NCBI GenBank assembly: GCA_002410925.1
Contig: DHPR01000033.1
Span: forward strand, 206,397-270,396
DNA length: 64,000 bases
Source: a bacterium UBP13_UBA5359
GTDB taxonomy: Bacteria; UBP13; UBA5359
Reading direction: 5' to 3'
The position numbers were made by a program, and so were the translations under genes. Shown here in pieces: positions 10,079 to 20,311 of this stretch (position 1 is the stretch's first letter; every line of letters starts with the position of its first letter). Under the pieces are notes generated by a model. That model was not told where the DNA came from. It did no database searches and worked only from the letters and a program-made list of their open reading frames with translations.

Positions 10079-10903
10079 TCATTTCTCAAGTTCGGCAGAT
10101 CTTTCCGCTGCTGCTGCCACGGCGCTGTATATAGCTGCTCTGAATCCCTCTCTCTCCAGTTTCTCTATGGCAGCGATAGTCGTGCCGCCGGGCGATGTAA
10201 CCATATCTCGCAGTGTTGCCGGATGAAGGCCGCTCTTTGAAACCATGTCAGTCGAACCGCTTACCGTCGCCAGCGCCAGCCGTCGTGCCAGATCTCTCGA
10301 TAACCCCTCCCTAACGCCTGCATCGATTAAAGCCTCAATAAAGGTATAGACATACGCCGGTCCGCTACCACTAAGACCTGTAACGGCATCCATACAGCTC
10401 TCTCCAACTCTGACAACATCGCCTACAGCCTTCAGCAGCCTTTCAGCCAAATCGATCTCCGTCAGTGATACTTCCGGCAATGAAGCAATGGCTGTTATCC
10501 CTTTGCCGATCAGCGCCGGAGTGTTGGGCATGCACCGGATTATACACCGATGCCCCGCCAGGCCGCTGGAGAGCTTGCTCAACGAAAGCCCGGCAATAAT
10601 TGACAAAACCAGCTGCGTCTTGCTTATAGATGCAGAAACAGCCTCCAAAACTATATTAGCTGTCTGGGGCTTGACGGCCAGAATAATAATACTCCTGTCC
10701 GCTATACCATTTGTTATGTCACCGGTCGTATTAATGCCGGCCTCTCCGGCCAACGTTTCCAGCTTGATCGGATCAATATCAATAGCCGTCAGGTCCTGCG
10801 GCAATATCATACCGCTGCCGACCAGGCCTTTGATTATGGCCGATCCCATGACGCCGGCGCCAATGACAGCTATCTGCCTGTCGATACTCCCATTCTCTTC
10901 CAA
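10079..10903 (-). CDS. proC: Pyrroline-5-carboxylate reductase
   Basis: IGAGVMG, LAVKPQ, RCMPNTP, SGSGPAY, VTSPGGTT. Confidence 0.96.
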   Translation of the reverse strand: MEENGSIDRQIAVIGAGVMGSAIIKGLVGSGMILPQDLTAIDIDPIKLETLAGEAGINTTGDITNGIADRSIIILAVKPQTANIVLEAVSASISKTQLVLSIIAGLSLSKLSSGLAGHRCIIRCMPNTPALIGKGITAIASLPEVSLTEIDLAERLLKAVGDVVRVGESCMDAVTGLSGSGPAYVYTFIEALIDAGVREGLSRDLARRLALATVSGSTDMVSKSGLHPATLRDMVTSPGGTTIAAIEKLEREGFRAAIYSAVAAAAERSAELEK

Positions 10904-10907
10904 TAGC

Positions 10908-11330
10908 CTACTCCTCTATTCTGACCTCAGCCGTATCCTGGTATTTGGCCGTGCTAATGCTGATATTATTAGGCGTAAAGAGGATGATATTATCGCCCAA
11001 TCTCTGATAATGGCCGTCAAGAGCATAGGTTATGCCGCTAATGAAATCAACAATGCGCCTGGCCATCGATTCATCAGCACCCCCCAGATTTACTACCACA
11101 GGACACCTGGCTTTCAGATTATCCGCTACCATTTTAGCTTCATCAATTGATGAAGGATCAAAGACTACTATTTCATTCTGCCGGGACGTATTGCATACTG
11201 AAAAAAGCCCTTTTCTGCCACGTCCCCCTCTCTCCTGCTCGTCATGAGCCTCCTCTACATATTCATAATCGTCTTCATCACCATCCAGATTTAAAAAACC
11301 AAGTATTCTAGATATAATTCCGCCAGCCAT
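10908..11330 (-). CDS. sepF: Cell division protein SepF
   Basis: PVVVNL...ARRIVDFISGITYALDG...ILFTP. Confidence 0.93.
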   Translation of the reverse strand: MAGGIISRILGFLNLDGDEDDYEYVEEAHDEQERGGRGRKGLFSVCNTSRQNEIVVFDPSSIDEAKMVADNLKARCPVVVNLGGADESMARRIVDFISGITYALDGHYQRLGDNIILFTPNNISISTAKYQDTAEVRIEE

Positions 11331-11332
11331 AT

Positions 11333-12019
11333 TTACCTCCGGTCTCCAAAAATTGCTCTGCCGATACGAACAATAGTAGCTCCTTCTTTTACAGCCAAGG
11401 CATAATCATGCGACATCCCCATCGATAGCTCCGGCAAGCTGAGCCCGGTCTGCCTGCTCAAACTGTCCCTGATATGCCTCAGTTCAGCAAAATAACGCCT
11501 TGACGACAGCTCATCCCCAAGAGGCGGTATGGCCATCAAGCCTACAACCTCAATCCCCTCGACGCCGGCAATGCTCTCCAGGTTGCTGCTGACCTTTGCC
11601 GGACTCATTCCCGCCTTGGAAGATTCACTGCCAATATTAACCTCTATCAGTGCCTTTATCTTCTTGCCGACAGCCAATGCCGCCTGAGAGAGGCGATTAG
11701 CCAGCTTAACGCTGTCTACCGTCTGTATCCAATCAAAAAGACCGGCGGCACGCCTGGCCTTATTGCTCTGCAAGCTACCGATCATATGGCAAGTGAAGTC
11801 ATAGCCCTTTAGATCTTCAAATTTTGCCTCTGCCTCCTGAACATAGTTCTCGCCGATATCTGTTACGCCGGCCTTGAGTGCCTCTATAACACGCTCAGGC
11901 TCTACCGTCTTGGTAACGGCAACCAGGCGCACAGCGTCAGCGCTTCGTCCGCTTATAGATGCAGCGGCCGCTATATTGTCACGAATATATACTATGTTAT
12001 CGGCTATTGATCTTTTCAT
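11333..12019 (-). CDS. yggS: PLP homeostasis protein YggS/YlmE
   Basis: LVAVTK, GENYVQE, IGSLQSNK, LSMGMSHD, VRIGRAIFG. Start placed at MKRSIAD. Confidence 0.95.
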   Translation of the reverse strand: MKRSIADNIVYIRDNIAAAASISGRSADAVRLVAVTKTVEPERVIEALKAGVTDIGENYVQEAEAKFEDLKGYDFTCHMIGSLQSNKARRAAGLFDWIQTVDSVKLANRLSQAALAVGKKIKALIEVNIGSESSKAGMSPAKVSSNLESIAGVEGIEVVGLMAIPPLGDELSSRRYFAELRHIRDSLSRQTGLSLPELSMGMSHDYALAVKEGATIVRIGRAIFGDRR

Positions 12020-12082
12020 TATGCAAGCAAATCCCCTGTAGTATTCTATTCTACAGGAGAGCCTCATTTCCTTCATTCATTT

Positions 12083-12108
12083 AAAAGGCCGGTTGCATGC
12101 AACCGGCC
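12083..12108 (-). terminator. Intrinsic terminator after pdxS
   Basis: Palindrome GGCCGGTTGCATGCAACCGGCC followed by TTTT on the minus strand. Confidence 0.7.
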
Positions 12109-12153
12109 CTCTCTACCCTGCTATCCTGCCGGGTCAATCTTTGAGCGATTCCT

Positions 12154-13038
12154 CTACCAGCCTCGCTTAGCCAGCAGCTCCTCCTCAGGTATTTTACAGA
12201 TGTCCAGCCCGGCCATGGCCTCACCGATACCTTCCGAGACCCTGGCGATAAGATCAGCATCTTCATAATGAGCAGCGGCTTCTACAATAGCTTTAGCCCG
12301 AAGCGGAGGATTATCAGACTTAAATATGCCTGATCCGACAAAAATCGCCTCAGCCCCAAGTTGTAACATCAGAGCGGCATCGGCCGGAGTGGCTATACCG
12401 CCGGCGGCAAAGTTAGGAACGGGCAGCTTACCCAGCTTCTTTACCTCCAGCACCAGATCATAAGGTGCTCCCATGTTCTTAGCTTCCGCCATCAACTCTT
12501 CCACAGGCATATTTTGAACACGCCGGATATCGGCCATTACCGATCTCATGTGACGTACAGCTTCCACAATATTTCCGGTACCCGGCTCACCCTTGGTACG
12601 AATCATAGCTGCACCCTCGCCAATACGACGCAAGGCTTCGCCCAGATCACGACAGCCGCAGACAAAAGGCACTTTGAAGCTCAGCTTATCGATATGAAAG
12701 GCTTCATCAGCCGGTGTAAGGACTTCGCTCTCATCGATAAAATCGACACCCATAGCTTCGAGTAATTGGGCTTCAACAAAGTGGCCGATACGTGCCTTGG
12801 CCATAACCGGTATAGTTACTGCACCCATGATTTCCTTGATTTTCAGCGGATCTGCCATTCTGGCGATTCCGCCCTGAGCACGAATATCAGCCGGCACTCT
12901 CTCCAATGCCATAACCGCTACCGCACCGGCATCCTCAGCAATCCTGGCCTGTTCAGCCGTTGTAACGTCCATGATGACGCCGCCCTTAAGCTTCTCTGCC
13001 AGACCTGTTTTTGCTCTCCAGGTAGATCTTTCCTCCAT
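12154..13038 (-). CDS. pdxS: Pyridoxal 5'-phosphate synthase lyase subunit
   Basis: [49 protein letters not shown]. Confidence 0.97.
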   Translation of the reverse strand: MEERSTWRAKTGLAEKLKGGVIMDVTTAEQARIAEDAGAVAVMALERVPADIRAQGGIARMADPLKIKEIMGAVTIPVMAKARIGHFVEAQLLEAMGVDFIDESEVLTPADEAFHIDKLSFKVPFVCGCRDLGEALRRIGEGAAMIRTKGEPGTGNIVEAVRHMRSVMADIRRVQNMPVEELMAEAKNMGAPYDLVLEVKKLGKLPVPNFAAGGIATPADAALMLQLGAEAIFVGSGIFKSDNPPLRAKAIVEAAAHYEDADLIARVSEGIGEAMAGLDICKIPEEELLAKRGW

Positions 13039-13141
13039 TGCTATCCCCCCCGATTTGAATGTGGAATGCAGATTTTGGAATTCTGCATTCTATCGCTTAC
13101 ATAATTATCCAGCAATCTGCATTCACCATTCTACACCTTGT

Positions 13142-14065
13142 TTAAAGCTTGCAGAGCTTCTGCAAGCGCTCCCATTTTCTATCTACTTCCTGCTGTATCT
13201 CAGCGATAACATGCTCATTCTCCGGCCGGAAAAGATGACGAAAACGCGTTTGGAGCTTGAGGAAATCCTCTATCGGTTTCTTTTCCCTGGGCGTATAAGT
13301 CAGCTTGTATCGACCGTCGACAACTTCATATAACGGCCAGAAGCAAGTATCTGCCGCCAAACGGCACATCTCCATGGTCAATTCCATGGGAAAGCCCCAT
13401 CCAAGACGACATGGAGCCAGAACGTTCATGAACTTGGGACCATCGATACTGAAGGCATATTCTGCCTTGGCATTGAGATCACGCCAGTGCGCTGGGGTAG
13501 TCTGCGCTACATAGGGTATCTCATGTGCAACCATGCAGGCCGTTAGATCCTTCCTCTGCTGCTGCTTGCCTTGGACAACCTTGCCCACCGGGCTGGTGGT
13601 GGTCATGGCTCCCCTGGGAGTGGCACTGGATCTTTGAATACCGGTGTTCATATATGCACCATTGTCATAACACACATAAAGTAGGTTATGACCGCGTTCC
13701 ATGGCTCCGGATAGAGACTGGAAGCCTATATCGTATGTGCCTCCGTCGCCGCCGAACGCTACGAAATTTATCTTTTCATCAGCTATCTTGCCCTGCTTTT
13801 TCAGAGACTTATAAGCAGCTTCAATACCGCTTACGCTGGCCCCTGCATTTTCAAAGGCGCTGTGAACGAAAGGCACGTTCCAGGCACTGTATGGAAATAT
13901 GGTAGTGGTAACCTCCAGACAACCGGTAGCCGACCCCACTACAACCGGATCTGCGGAGGCCATAAGAACCTGTCTGACTACGTTTGGCGCGCTACATCCG
14001 GCACAGGCCCTATGACCGCCGCACAACGGCGCCCGCCTGGTTGCCAATTGTTTCAGATTGGACAT
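13142..14065 (-). CDS. porB: Pyruvate:ferredoxin oxidoreductase beta subunit
   Basis: GHRACAGC, GDGGTYDIG TPP motif, YDNGAYMNTG. Confidence 0.93.
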   Translation of the reverse strand: MSNLKQLATRRAPLCGGHRACAGCSAPNVVRQVLMASADPVVVGSATGCLEVTTTIFPYSAWNVPFVHSAFENAGASVSGIEAAYKSLKKQGKIADEKINFVAFGGDGGTYDIGFQSLSGAMERGHNLLYVCYDNGAYMNTGIQRSSATPRGAMTTTSPVGKVVQGKQQQRKDLTACMVAHEIPYVAQTTPAHWRDLNAKAEYAFSIDGPKFMNVLAPCRLGWGFPMELTMEMCRLAADTCFWPLYEVVDGRYKLTYTPREKKPIEDFLKLQTRFRHLFRPENEHVIAEIQQEVDRKWERLQKLCKL

Positions 14066-14077
14066 TTGCTTTCCTCC

Positions 14078-15262
14078 TTATTCTCTCACACCAAGATAGG
14101 CTATCCTATCGATACTTTTGCCGCCGGCGGCAGCCGACACCTGAGCCGACAGAAGCTCTTCTATCTCTCCGACCTTTATATCTCTTCCGCCAAGGCCGTA
14201 AATACGATTGATAATCTTATGCTCGGACCTATCTTCATACATGGCCGCCAGCAGTTCGGCAAACAAGGGTCCGCCGGTAGCAGCCAGCGCATCAGAACGA
14301 TCCAGCACGCATATCTGAGGAACACATCTCAACCGTGCCGCCAGCTCTTCAGCCGGGAAGGGACGGAAAACACGAATCTTTAACAGGCCGGCCTTAATGC
14401 CGCGCTTGCGCAGATTGTCAATGGCATCTTTACCCGTTCCTGCCGTGGAACCCAGACAGACCATGGCCACCTCAGCATCATCAAGTTTGTAAGCTTCATA
14501 GAAACCGTATTCCTGGCCAAACTTACGTCCGAACTCACGACCGACTTCAAGAATAACATCCTTGGCATTAATCATAGCCTGAGCCACTGCCCGACGATGC
14601 TCAAAGTAATAATCTACAAAGTCGATGGCACCCACGGTTATGGGATTCCTGTGATCCAGCGCCGGCAGCAACGGCTTGTAAGTGCCGATAAAGCCGCGCA
14701 CATCCTTATCATCATATATCTCCATGGCTTCCATGGCGTGGCTGATAATAAAGCCGTCCGTGGTAACCATGATCGGCAAGAGGACATCTTTGTGCTCGGC
14801 AATACGCACTGCCTGGATGAGGTTATCATAAGCCTCCTGTGAGTTCTCTGAGAATATCTGTATCCATCCGGCATCACGGCCACCCATGGTGTCGCTGTGA
14901 TCGCAATGGATATTGATAGGCGCACTGAGCGCCCTATTGACCTCGGCCATTATCAGTGGCAATCTGAGGCCTGCAGCTATATATAACATCTCATACATCA
15001 GCGCCAATCCCTGAGAGGATGTGGCGGTCATAGTTCTGGCCCCGGCAACCTGTGAACCGATAGCGGCACTCATGGCAGAGTGCTCACTCTCAGTAGGCAC
15101 AAGCTCGGTATCGACCAATCCATCAGCCACATAGGTGGCGAATATCTGCATTACCTCCGTTGCCGGGGTAATGGGATAGGCGGCTACTACATCAGGATTT
15201 ATCTGGCGGATGGCCTCAGCCATCGCCTCATTACCCGTTCTGGCCACTCGGGTTTTTCCCAT
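14078..15262 (-). CDS. porA: Pyruvate:ferredoxin oxidoreductase alpha subunit
   Basis: AAYPITP, ESEHSAMS, TATSSQGL, YGLGGRD. Confidence 0.94.
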   Translation of the reverse strand: MGKTRVARTGNEAMAEAIRQINPDVVAAYPITPATEVMQIFATYVADGLVDTELVPTESEHSAMSAAIGSQVAGARTMTATSSQGLALMYEMLYIAAGLRLPLIMAEVNRALSAPINIHCDHSDTMGGRDAGWIQIFSENSQEAYDNLIQAVRIAEHKDVLLPIMVTTDGFIISHAMEAMEIYDDKDVRGFIGTYKPLLPALDHRNPITVGAIDFVDYYFEHRRAVAQAMINAKDVILEVGREFGRKFGQEYGFYEAYKLDDAEVAMVCLGSTAGTGKDAIDNLRKRGIKAGLLKIRVFRPFPAEELAARLRCVPQICVLDRSDALAATGGPLFAELLAAMYEDRSEHKIINRIYGLGGRDIKVGEIEELLSAQVSAAAGGKSIDRIAYLGVRE

Positions 15263-15313
15263 TTTTTTCTTACCTCCAATTTCCTGCTAACAATTATGAC
15301 ATCGATGATGTTG

Positions 15314-15613
15314 CTAACGGAAGTCCGCTTCTTCGACCATTTTTATGGCTTTAACCTTAGGCGGGCATTCTTGGGCACAGATTCCGCATCCTTTGCAATG
15401 TTTAAGATCTATACCCTCTACTTTACCGTCTTTAAGCATGATGGCGGCATCCGGGCAATATACCCAGCAAGCCAGACAGTTGATACATTTTTCTTTGTTA
15501 TGAACAGGTCTCAATGTGCGCCAATCGCCAGTCTCATAATTTATAGCCGTTCCAGGCTCATCTATTACTCCACCGACCGGCAGATCCTTCCAATTATTGG
15601 CAATATCTTTCAT
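15314..15613 (-). CDS. porD: Pyruvate:ferredoxin oxidoreductase delta subunit (2x[4Fe-4S])
   Basis: TGDWRTLRP, CINCLACWVYCP, CKGCGICAQECP. Confidence 0.93.
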   Translation of the reverse strand: MKDIANNWKDLPVGGVIDEPGTAINYETGDWRTLRPVHNKEKCINCLACWVYCPDAAIMLKDGKVEGIDLKHCKGCGICAQECPPKVKAIKMVEEADFR

Positions 15614-16188
15614 TCTGACTTCACCTCCTGGTAGGCGGTCTCAATCGCTTCGATGTTTCCCGCTATAACCTCAGGCTTATTTCTGAATTTCTTGGTAAGC
15701 TTCTTTTTGTTATCCTCAAGCATCCTGTCAAAATCCAGAAGGCCGGTTACTTTGATAAGCGCGCCCATCATGGGCGTGTTAGGCACATCACGTCCAATTT
15801 TCTCTTTGGCAATGCCGGATGCATCCACCGTAAATACCTTAAGCCCCTTGATGGACAAGCGCTTTCTGATAGCAGCCGGCTCCTCAGCGGTATTAAACAG
15901 GATGATGCCATCTTCAGGCAGGCCGGCCACCACATCCACCGTTCCCGCCAACGTAGTATCCAATACCACTACGATGCTCGGATTGGTAACCTGGCAATGA
16001 AGCCTTATAGGCTCTTCACTTATACGGTTGAAAGCCTGGACAGGAGCGCCCATCCGTTCAGGACCGTACTCCGGGAAAGCCTGTATATGCTTTCCCTCCC
16101 CCAATGCGGCATCAGCCAGAAGCAGAGCAGCTGTTTTAGCGCCCTGTCCGCCTCGCCCATGCCAGCGGATTTCAATAATTTCCCCCAT
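15610..16188 (-). CDS. porC: Pyruvate:ferredoxin oxidoreductase gamma subunit
   Basis: EIRWHGRGGQG, FPEYGPERMGAP, PNTPMMGA. Confidence 0.93.
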   Translation of the reverse strand: MGEIIEIRWHGRGGQGAKTAALLLADAALGEGKHIQAFPEYGPERMGAPVQAFNRISEEPIRLHCQVTNPSIVVVLDTTLAGTVDVVAGLPEDGIILFNTAEEPAAIRKRLSIKGLKVFTVDASGIAKEKIGRDVPNTPMMGALIKVTGLLDFDRMLEDNKKKLTKKFRNKPEVIAGNIEAIETAYQEVKSE

Positions 16189-16386
16189 CTGCATCCCCCT
16201 TTACAAGTAAACGGCGTAATGCCGTTCTCCAAATGGAAAACGACTCTACTAACCGCTTTCATATACCATTGTCAACAAACAAAGCGCCGACCTTATATGA
16301 ACCGGCGCCAGCTGGCAGTATAATAACGCAAACCATACAGAATTATAGACCTTTTAGCTGACTTTGTAAACATGAAAAACCCTGAA

Positions 16387-16986
16387 CTAAAGCTCTTTCC
16401 TGCCCTCAATAGCTCTATTAATAGTAATCTCATCAGCGTAATCCAGATCTCCACCAAAAGGTATACCGGAAGCTATCCTGGATACCTTCACGCCCATGGG
16501 CTTAAGCAGCCTGGAGAGATAGATGGCCGTAGCCTCTCCCTCCACATTGGGATTGGTGGCGATAATTACCTCTTTAACAATCTCTGTGTTGATACGCTCC
16601 AGCAATTCACGTATCTTCAGATCCTCCGGTCCTATTCCTTCCATCGGTGCTATAAGCCCCTGCAAAACATGGTAAATACCCTTAAACTCACCAGATCGCT
16701 CCATGGCGGCTACATCTCTGGGCTCAGCAACCACAGCCAGCGTAGCGGCATCGCGTGAAAGATCGGAGCAGATGCCGCACGGATCCTTATCCGTAAAGTT
16801 ATTGCATATGGAACAGGTATGTATCTTATCCTTAACCTCCAAAATGGCATCGGCCAGTTTGGAGGCATTCTCCCTGGACGTTTGCAATATATAATAAGCC
16901 AACCTCTGCCCGGTTTTAGGCCCCACACCGGGCATCTTCGTCAGTTCTTCAATTAACCTTGCCAACGGCTTGGCAAATGCACGCAT
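16387..16986 (-). CDS. recR: Recombination mediator RecR
   Basis: MPGVGPKT, CSIC...CGIC Zn finger, TOPRIM ATNPNVEGEAT. Confidence 0.97.
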   Translation of the reverse strand: MRAFAKPLARLIEELTKMPGVGPKTGQRLAYYILQTSRENASKLADAILEVKDKIHTCSICNNFTDKDPCGICSDLSRDAATLAVVAEPRDVAAMERSGEFKGIYHVLQGLIAPMEGIGPEDLKIRELLERINTEIVKEVIIATNPNVEGEATAIYLSRLLKPMGVKVSRIASGIPFGGDLDYADEITINRAIEGRKEL

Positions 16987-17015
16987 AATTTAGATATCAA
17001 CTCCGTTGTTGTTAA

Positions 17016-17324
17016 TCACATTCCCGGCAGTTTCAAACCGCCGGTAAGCTTCGACATCTTTTCACCAGCCATATCCTGTGATCTCTTCATGGCATCACGC
17101 ACAGCGGCCAGCACCAAATCCTGCAACGTTTCAATATCATCCGGATCTACAACCTCCGGCGCTATCACGATATCCAATATCTCCTGCTGGCCGTTGGCGA
17201 CGACCTTCACCATACCGCCTCCGGCACTGCCTTCAATTCTTTCATCGGCCAGTTCATTCTGAATACGGGCCATCTCGGCCTGCATCTTTTGCACCTGCTT
17301 CATCATACCGCCTGCTCCCAGCAT
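17016..17324 (-). CDS. ybaB: YbaB/EbfC nucleoid-associated protein
   Basis: MMKQVQKMQ, GSAGGGMVKV, DDIETLQDLV; lies between dnaX and recR. Confidence 0.95.
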   Translation of the reverse strand: MLGAGGMMKQVQKMQAEMARIQNELADERIEGSAGGGMVKVVANGQQEILDIVIAPEVVDPDDIETLQDLVLAAVRDAMKRSQDMAGEKMSKLTGGLKLPGM

Positions 17325-17422
17325 AAGTTACCTCCCATAATCCATCAAAGGCTCTTTATCTAAAGGATATAGCTTTGCGCTCAAACGCTCTTCTTCAGTT
17401 TGCCGGCTCTAATAATCATATC

Positions 17423-19069
17423 TTATTTGCTAACTACGCTGCTGCCGCCAAAAAGGTCTAGGGCAGCATACACCATCTCGGAACCGGAAAGAGTTTCCCC
17501 GTCAGAGGTCTCTTCCAGCGGCAACTTCTCGGAAATTATTGAGAGCTCTACTTTGATTCCGGCACCCAGATGCCGGCGCAACACATCCACAAGCACACGC
17601 CTGTTATCAGGCGTATTGGCTACTTCAAATGCATACTGATAATGAAAGCCTATCTTCAGGCGTTCACCGTCATAGAATACCGCTTCACTACTACAGGATA
17701 ACATAGTATAAAGATGTACTCCAAAAGGTTTAAACGCCAATGTGAGCTCCGGCCAAATTTTCTTGATACCGGCTAAATCCGCGGTAGGCGGACTGATAGA
17801 CTCAGCATTATCCATAGAGCGCTCTGATACCGCCTGCGCCGGCTCTGCCGGCTCGGCAGTTTTCTTAAGAGTTGACTTGGTAACTGCTTTATAGGGCTCC
17901 GCTCTTTTCTCTGTTAGAGTATATCCTCCCTCGTCGGAACCCTTTCCGCCTGCAAAAGCCTCCGATTTATCGAAAAGCTTTCCTTTATCGGCTACCAGCC
18001 CTAGCAATCCAGCTTGCAGAACTATCAACGGCTGTGAGCTGTTCCTCATACGATTTACCGTTTCCGTTAGTTCTTCTATGCATCTTATTAATCCATGCTG
18101 CGGAAAAGCAGCAGCGATCTCACCTAAAACAGCCTCTTCGTCCGGTAATGGAGCCGCATCCGATAAGAGGTCTTTATCTATACCGTATATCAAACCGGCA
18201 TGCAGTACGGATATCATATCCTTAGCGAAACGATCCAAACTCTTTCCCGTGCTGTGAGCAGAGAGAGTAAGCGCAGCCAGGCTATGCCTGTCACCCTTCA
18301 TTAGAGCTTTAACAGCTTCATAAACCGCTTGCCTGTTACTTAAACCGAGCAGACTCTCCACCGCAGTACGGTCCAACTGCTCGTTGCCTGAAGCCGCAAC
18401 TCGCTCCAACAGCCCCAGAGAATCACGCATTGATCCTTCACCCTGCAAGGCAAGAAGATAGGCCGCCTCTTCATCTAAAGCAATATTCTCTCTGGCGGCA
18501 ACAGCTTTTAAGTGCTCGGCAGCCTCTGCTGCCGGTATGCAACCGAAATCAAAACGCTGGCATCTGGAACGGATAGTGATCGGCAACCGATGCGGTTCAG
18601 TGGTACAAAGTATAATAACGGTATAAGCAGGAGGTTCTTCCAGTGTCTTCAGCAACGCATCGAAGGCGTTACGAGTCAGCATGTGAGCTTCGTCCATAAT
18701 GTAGACCTTATATTTAAGCTCAGCAGGAGCATAGCTTATTCTGTCAATGATTTCCCGTATTTCATCCACCTTGCCACGTGAAGCAGCATCGAATTCGATT
18801 ATATCCAGAGCTGAACCGTCGGCAATGCTGCGGCAAGATGTACACACAAGACAGGGATCATCGCCATCATTCTCATGACAGTTGATAAGCATAGCCAGTA
18901 TGCGAGCAATAGTAGTCTTACCAGTTCCCCGCGGGCCGCAGAGAAGATATGCGTGCGAGAGTCTGTCAAACTTGATGGAGTTCTTGAGGGTCTCTACGAT
19001 GTGCTCCTGGCCTACCACTTCCTGGAAGCGCCGTGGGCGATATTGCCTGTAAAGCGACCGGGCAGACAT
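17423..19069 (-). CDS. dnaX: DNA polymerase III subunit gamma/tau
   Basis: LYRQYRP, GPRGTGKTT, DEAHML, LLKTLEEPP, SRCQRF. Confidence 0.96.
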   Translation of the reverse strand: MSARSLYRQYRPRRFQEVVGQEHIVETLKNSIKFDRLSHAYLLCGPRGTGKTTIARILAMLINCHENDGDDPCLVCTSCRSIADGSALDIIEFDAASRGKVDEIREIIDRISYAPAELKYKVYIMDEAHMLTRNAFDALLKTLEEPPAYTVIILCTTEPHRLPITIRSRCQRFDFGCIPAAEAAEHLKAVAARENIALDEEAAYLLALQGEGSMRDSLGLLERVAASGNEQLDRTAVESLLGLSNRQAVYEAVKALMKGDRHSLAALTLSAHSTGKSLDRFAKDMISVLHAGLIYGIDKDLLSDAAPLPDEEAVLGEIAAAFPQHGLIRCIEELTETVNRMRNSSQPLIVLQAGLLGLVADKGKLFDKSEAFAGGKGSDEGGYTLTEKRAEPYKAVTKSTLKKTAEPAEPAQAVSERSMDNAESISPPTADLAGIKKIWPELTLAFKPFGVHLYTMLSCSSEAVFYDGERLKIGFHYQYAFEVANTPDNRRVLVDVLRRHLGAGIKVELSIISEKLPLEETSDGETLSGSEMVYAALDLFGGSSVVSK

Positions 19070-19088
19070 TTTTCCTCCTAATAAAATG

Positions 19089-19359
19089 TTGATCGTGCAC
19101 CTGCTGTCGATAAACGTTTCCTAACGTTACCGTAGCAGTTAGCTCCGGCCAGATTGACTGTGGCACATAGATTATCCTGCTTACCGCTGCTTCCTTCCGG
19201 ACCTGACGGGGTTCACAGGCGCCTATTGCACAGGACCCGACCTTCAACACCACTTACTGCGGCCAGACTTAAAAAACGAGCACCTCGAGCAGGGATTCAA
19301 CCCCGCTATAGCGGATTGCGGGTTCAGGGCACCGCTAGCTCCCCGTCTAGCACGATCAA
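19089..19359 (-). ncRNA. ffs: Large bacterial SRP RNA (with Alu domain)
   Basis: 5' GATCGTGCTAGACGGGGAGCTAGCGGTGCCCTG, helix-8 core CCCCGTCAGGTCCGGAAGGAAGCAGCGG, 3' GTGCACGATC pairs with the 5' end. Lies upstream of dnaX. Confidence 0.95.
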
Positions 19360-19466
19360 TTCTTAAATATCTTTTCAAGCCAAAGCCTGAGGTAGTTACG
19401 CTCGGCAATCTGCTTGAGCGTTTTTTTCAACACTCAGTCTTTCCGCATTCATATTATGGATATCGT

Positions 19467-19560
19467 TGGCGGAGAGAGAGGGATTTGAACCCCCGAGACG
19501 GTTATCAGCCGCCTAATCGATTTCGAGTCGATCGCCTTCAGCCAGCTCGGCCATCTCTCC
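19467..19560 (-). tRNA. tRNA-Ser(CGA)
   Basis: Cloverleaf, anticodon arm ATCGA-CTCGAAA-TCGAT, long variable arm, encoded CCA. Confidence 0.96.
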
Positions 19561-19582
19561 GTATATCAATGCGTCCATAACC

Positions 19583-20035
19583 TCATCCGCGTAATTCACG
19601 AAAAAACTTTAATAATATATTGGCGCATTCTTCCTGCAGAATGCCTCCTGTCACTTCCATCCTGTGATTCATTGCAGGAGCATCGGCGATATTAAAAACG
19701 CTCCCGGCTGCTCCATACTTCACATCCGGCGCCCCATATACCAGGCGCTCCACCCTGGCCTGAACCATAGCACCGGCACACATGGGACATGGCTCCTTAG
19801 TCACGTAAAGAGAGCTGCCGCAAAGCCTCCAACTATTCTCGGCTTTTGCAGCTTCCCTCAATGCCATGATTTCAGCATGTGCCGTAGGATCATTGAGAAG
19901 CTCCTTAGCGTTCCATCCCCGTCCGATTACACGGCCGTTTAAGACAACAACAGCGCCAATCGGCACCTCACACATTCGATACGCTTTGGCAGCCTCTTCC
20001 AGCGCTTCTCTCATAAATAATATATAGTCATCCAT
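19583..20035 (-). CDS. tadA: tRNA adenosine(34) deaminase
   Basis: EVPIGAV, DPTAHAE, EPCPMCAG. Unrelated to the pilus ATPase TadA. Confidence 0.95.
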   Translation of the reverse strand: MDDYILFMREALEEAAKAYRMCEVPIGAVVVLNGRVIGRGWNAKELLNDPTAHAEIMALREAAKAENSWRLCGSSLYVTKEPCPMCAGAMVQARVERLVYGAPDVKYGAAGSVFNIADAPAMNHRMEVTGGILQEECANILLKFFRELRG

Positions 20036-20057
20036 ATATCAGCTATCAGCACTTTTT

Positions 20058-20134
20058 TGGCGCCCTTGGGAGGACTCGAACCCCCGGCACAAGGCTTAGG
20101 AAGCCTCTGCTCTATCCTGCTGAGCTACAAGGGC
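20058..20134 (-). tRNA. tRNA-Arg(CCT)
   Basis: GCCCTTG acceptor stem, anticodon loop TTCCTAA, GGTTCGAG T-loop, CCA. Confidence 0.96.
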
Positions 20135-20137
20135 GCA

Positions 20138-20227
20138 TGGCGGAGAGAGAGGGATTTGAACCCTCGAGACGGTTGCCCGCCCACACGCTTTCCAGGCGTG
20201 CGCCTTAAGCCACTCGGCCATCTCTCC
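20138..20227 (-). tRNA. tRNA-Ser(GGA)
   Basis: Anticodon arm CACGC-CTGGAAA-GCGTG, long variable arm, CCA. Confidence 0.96.
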
Positions 20228-20311
20228 GCGTATGATTTATGTCTACACCATTTTAACTTTGCGAACACATATAGTCAAGGTTTGATTTCCCGCTGCTATG
20301 GATACTTCCGC

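Noticed and set aside
18966-19366. ORFs over the dnaX leader
   Set aside because: Region is the SRP RNA.
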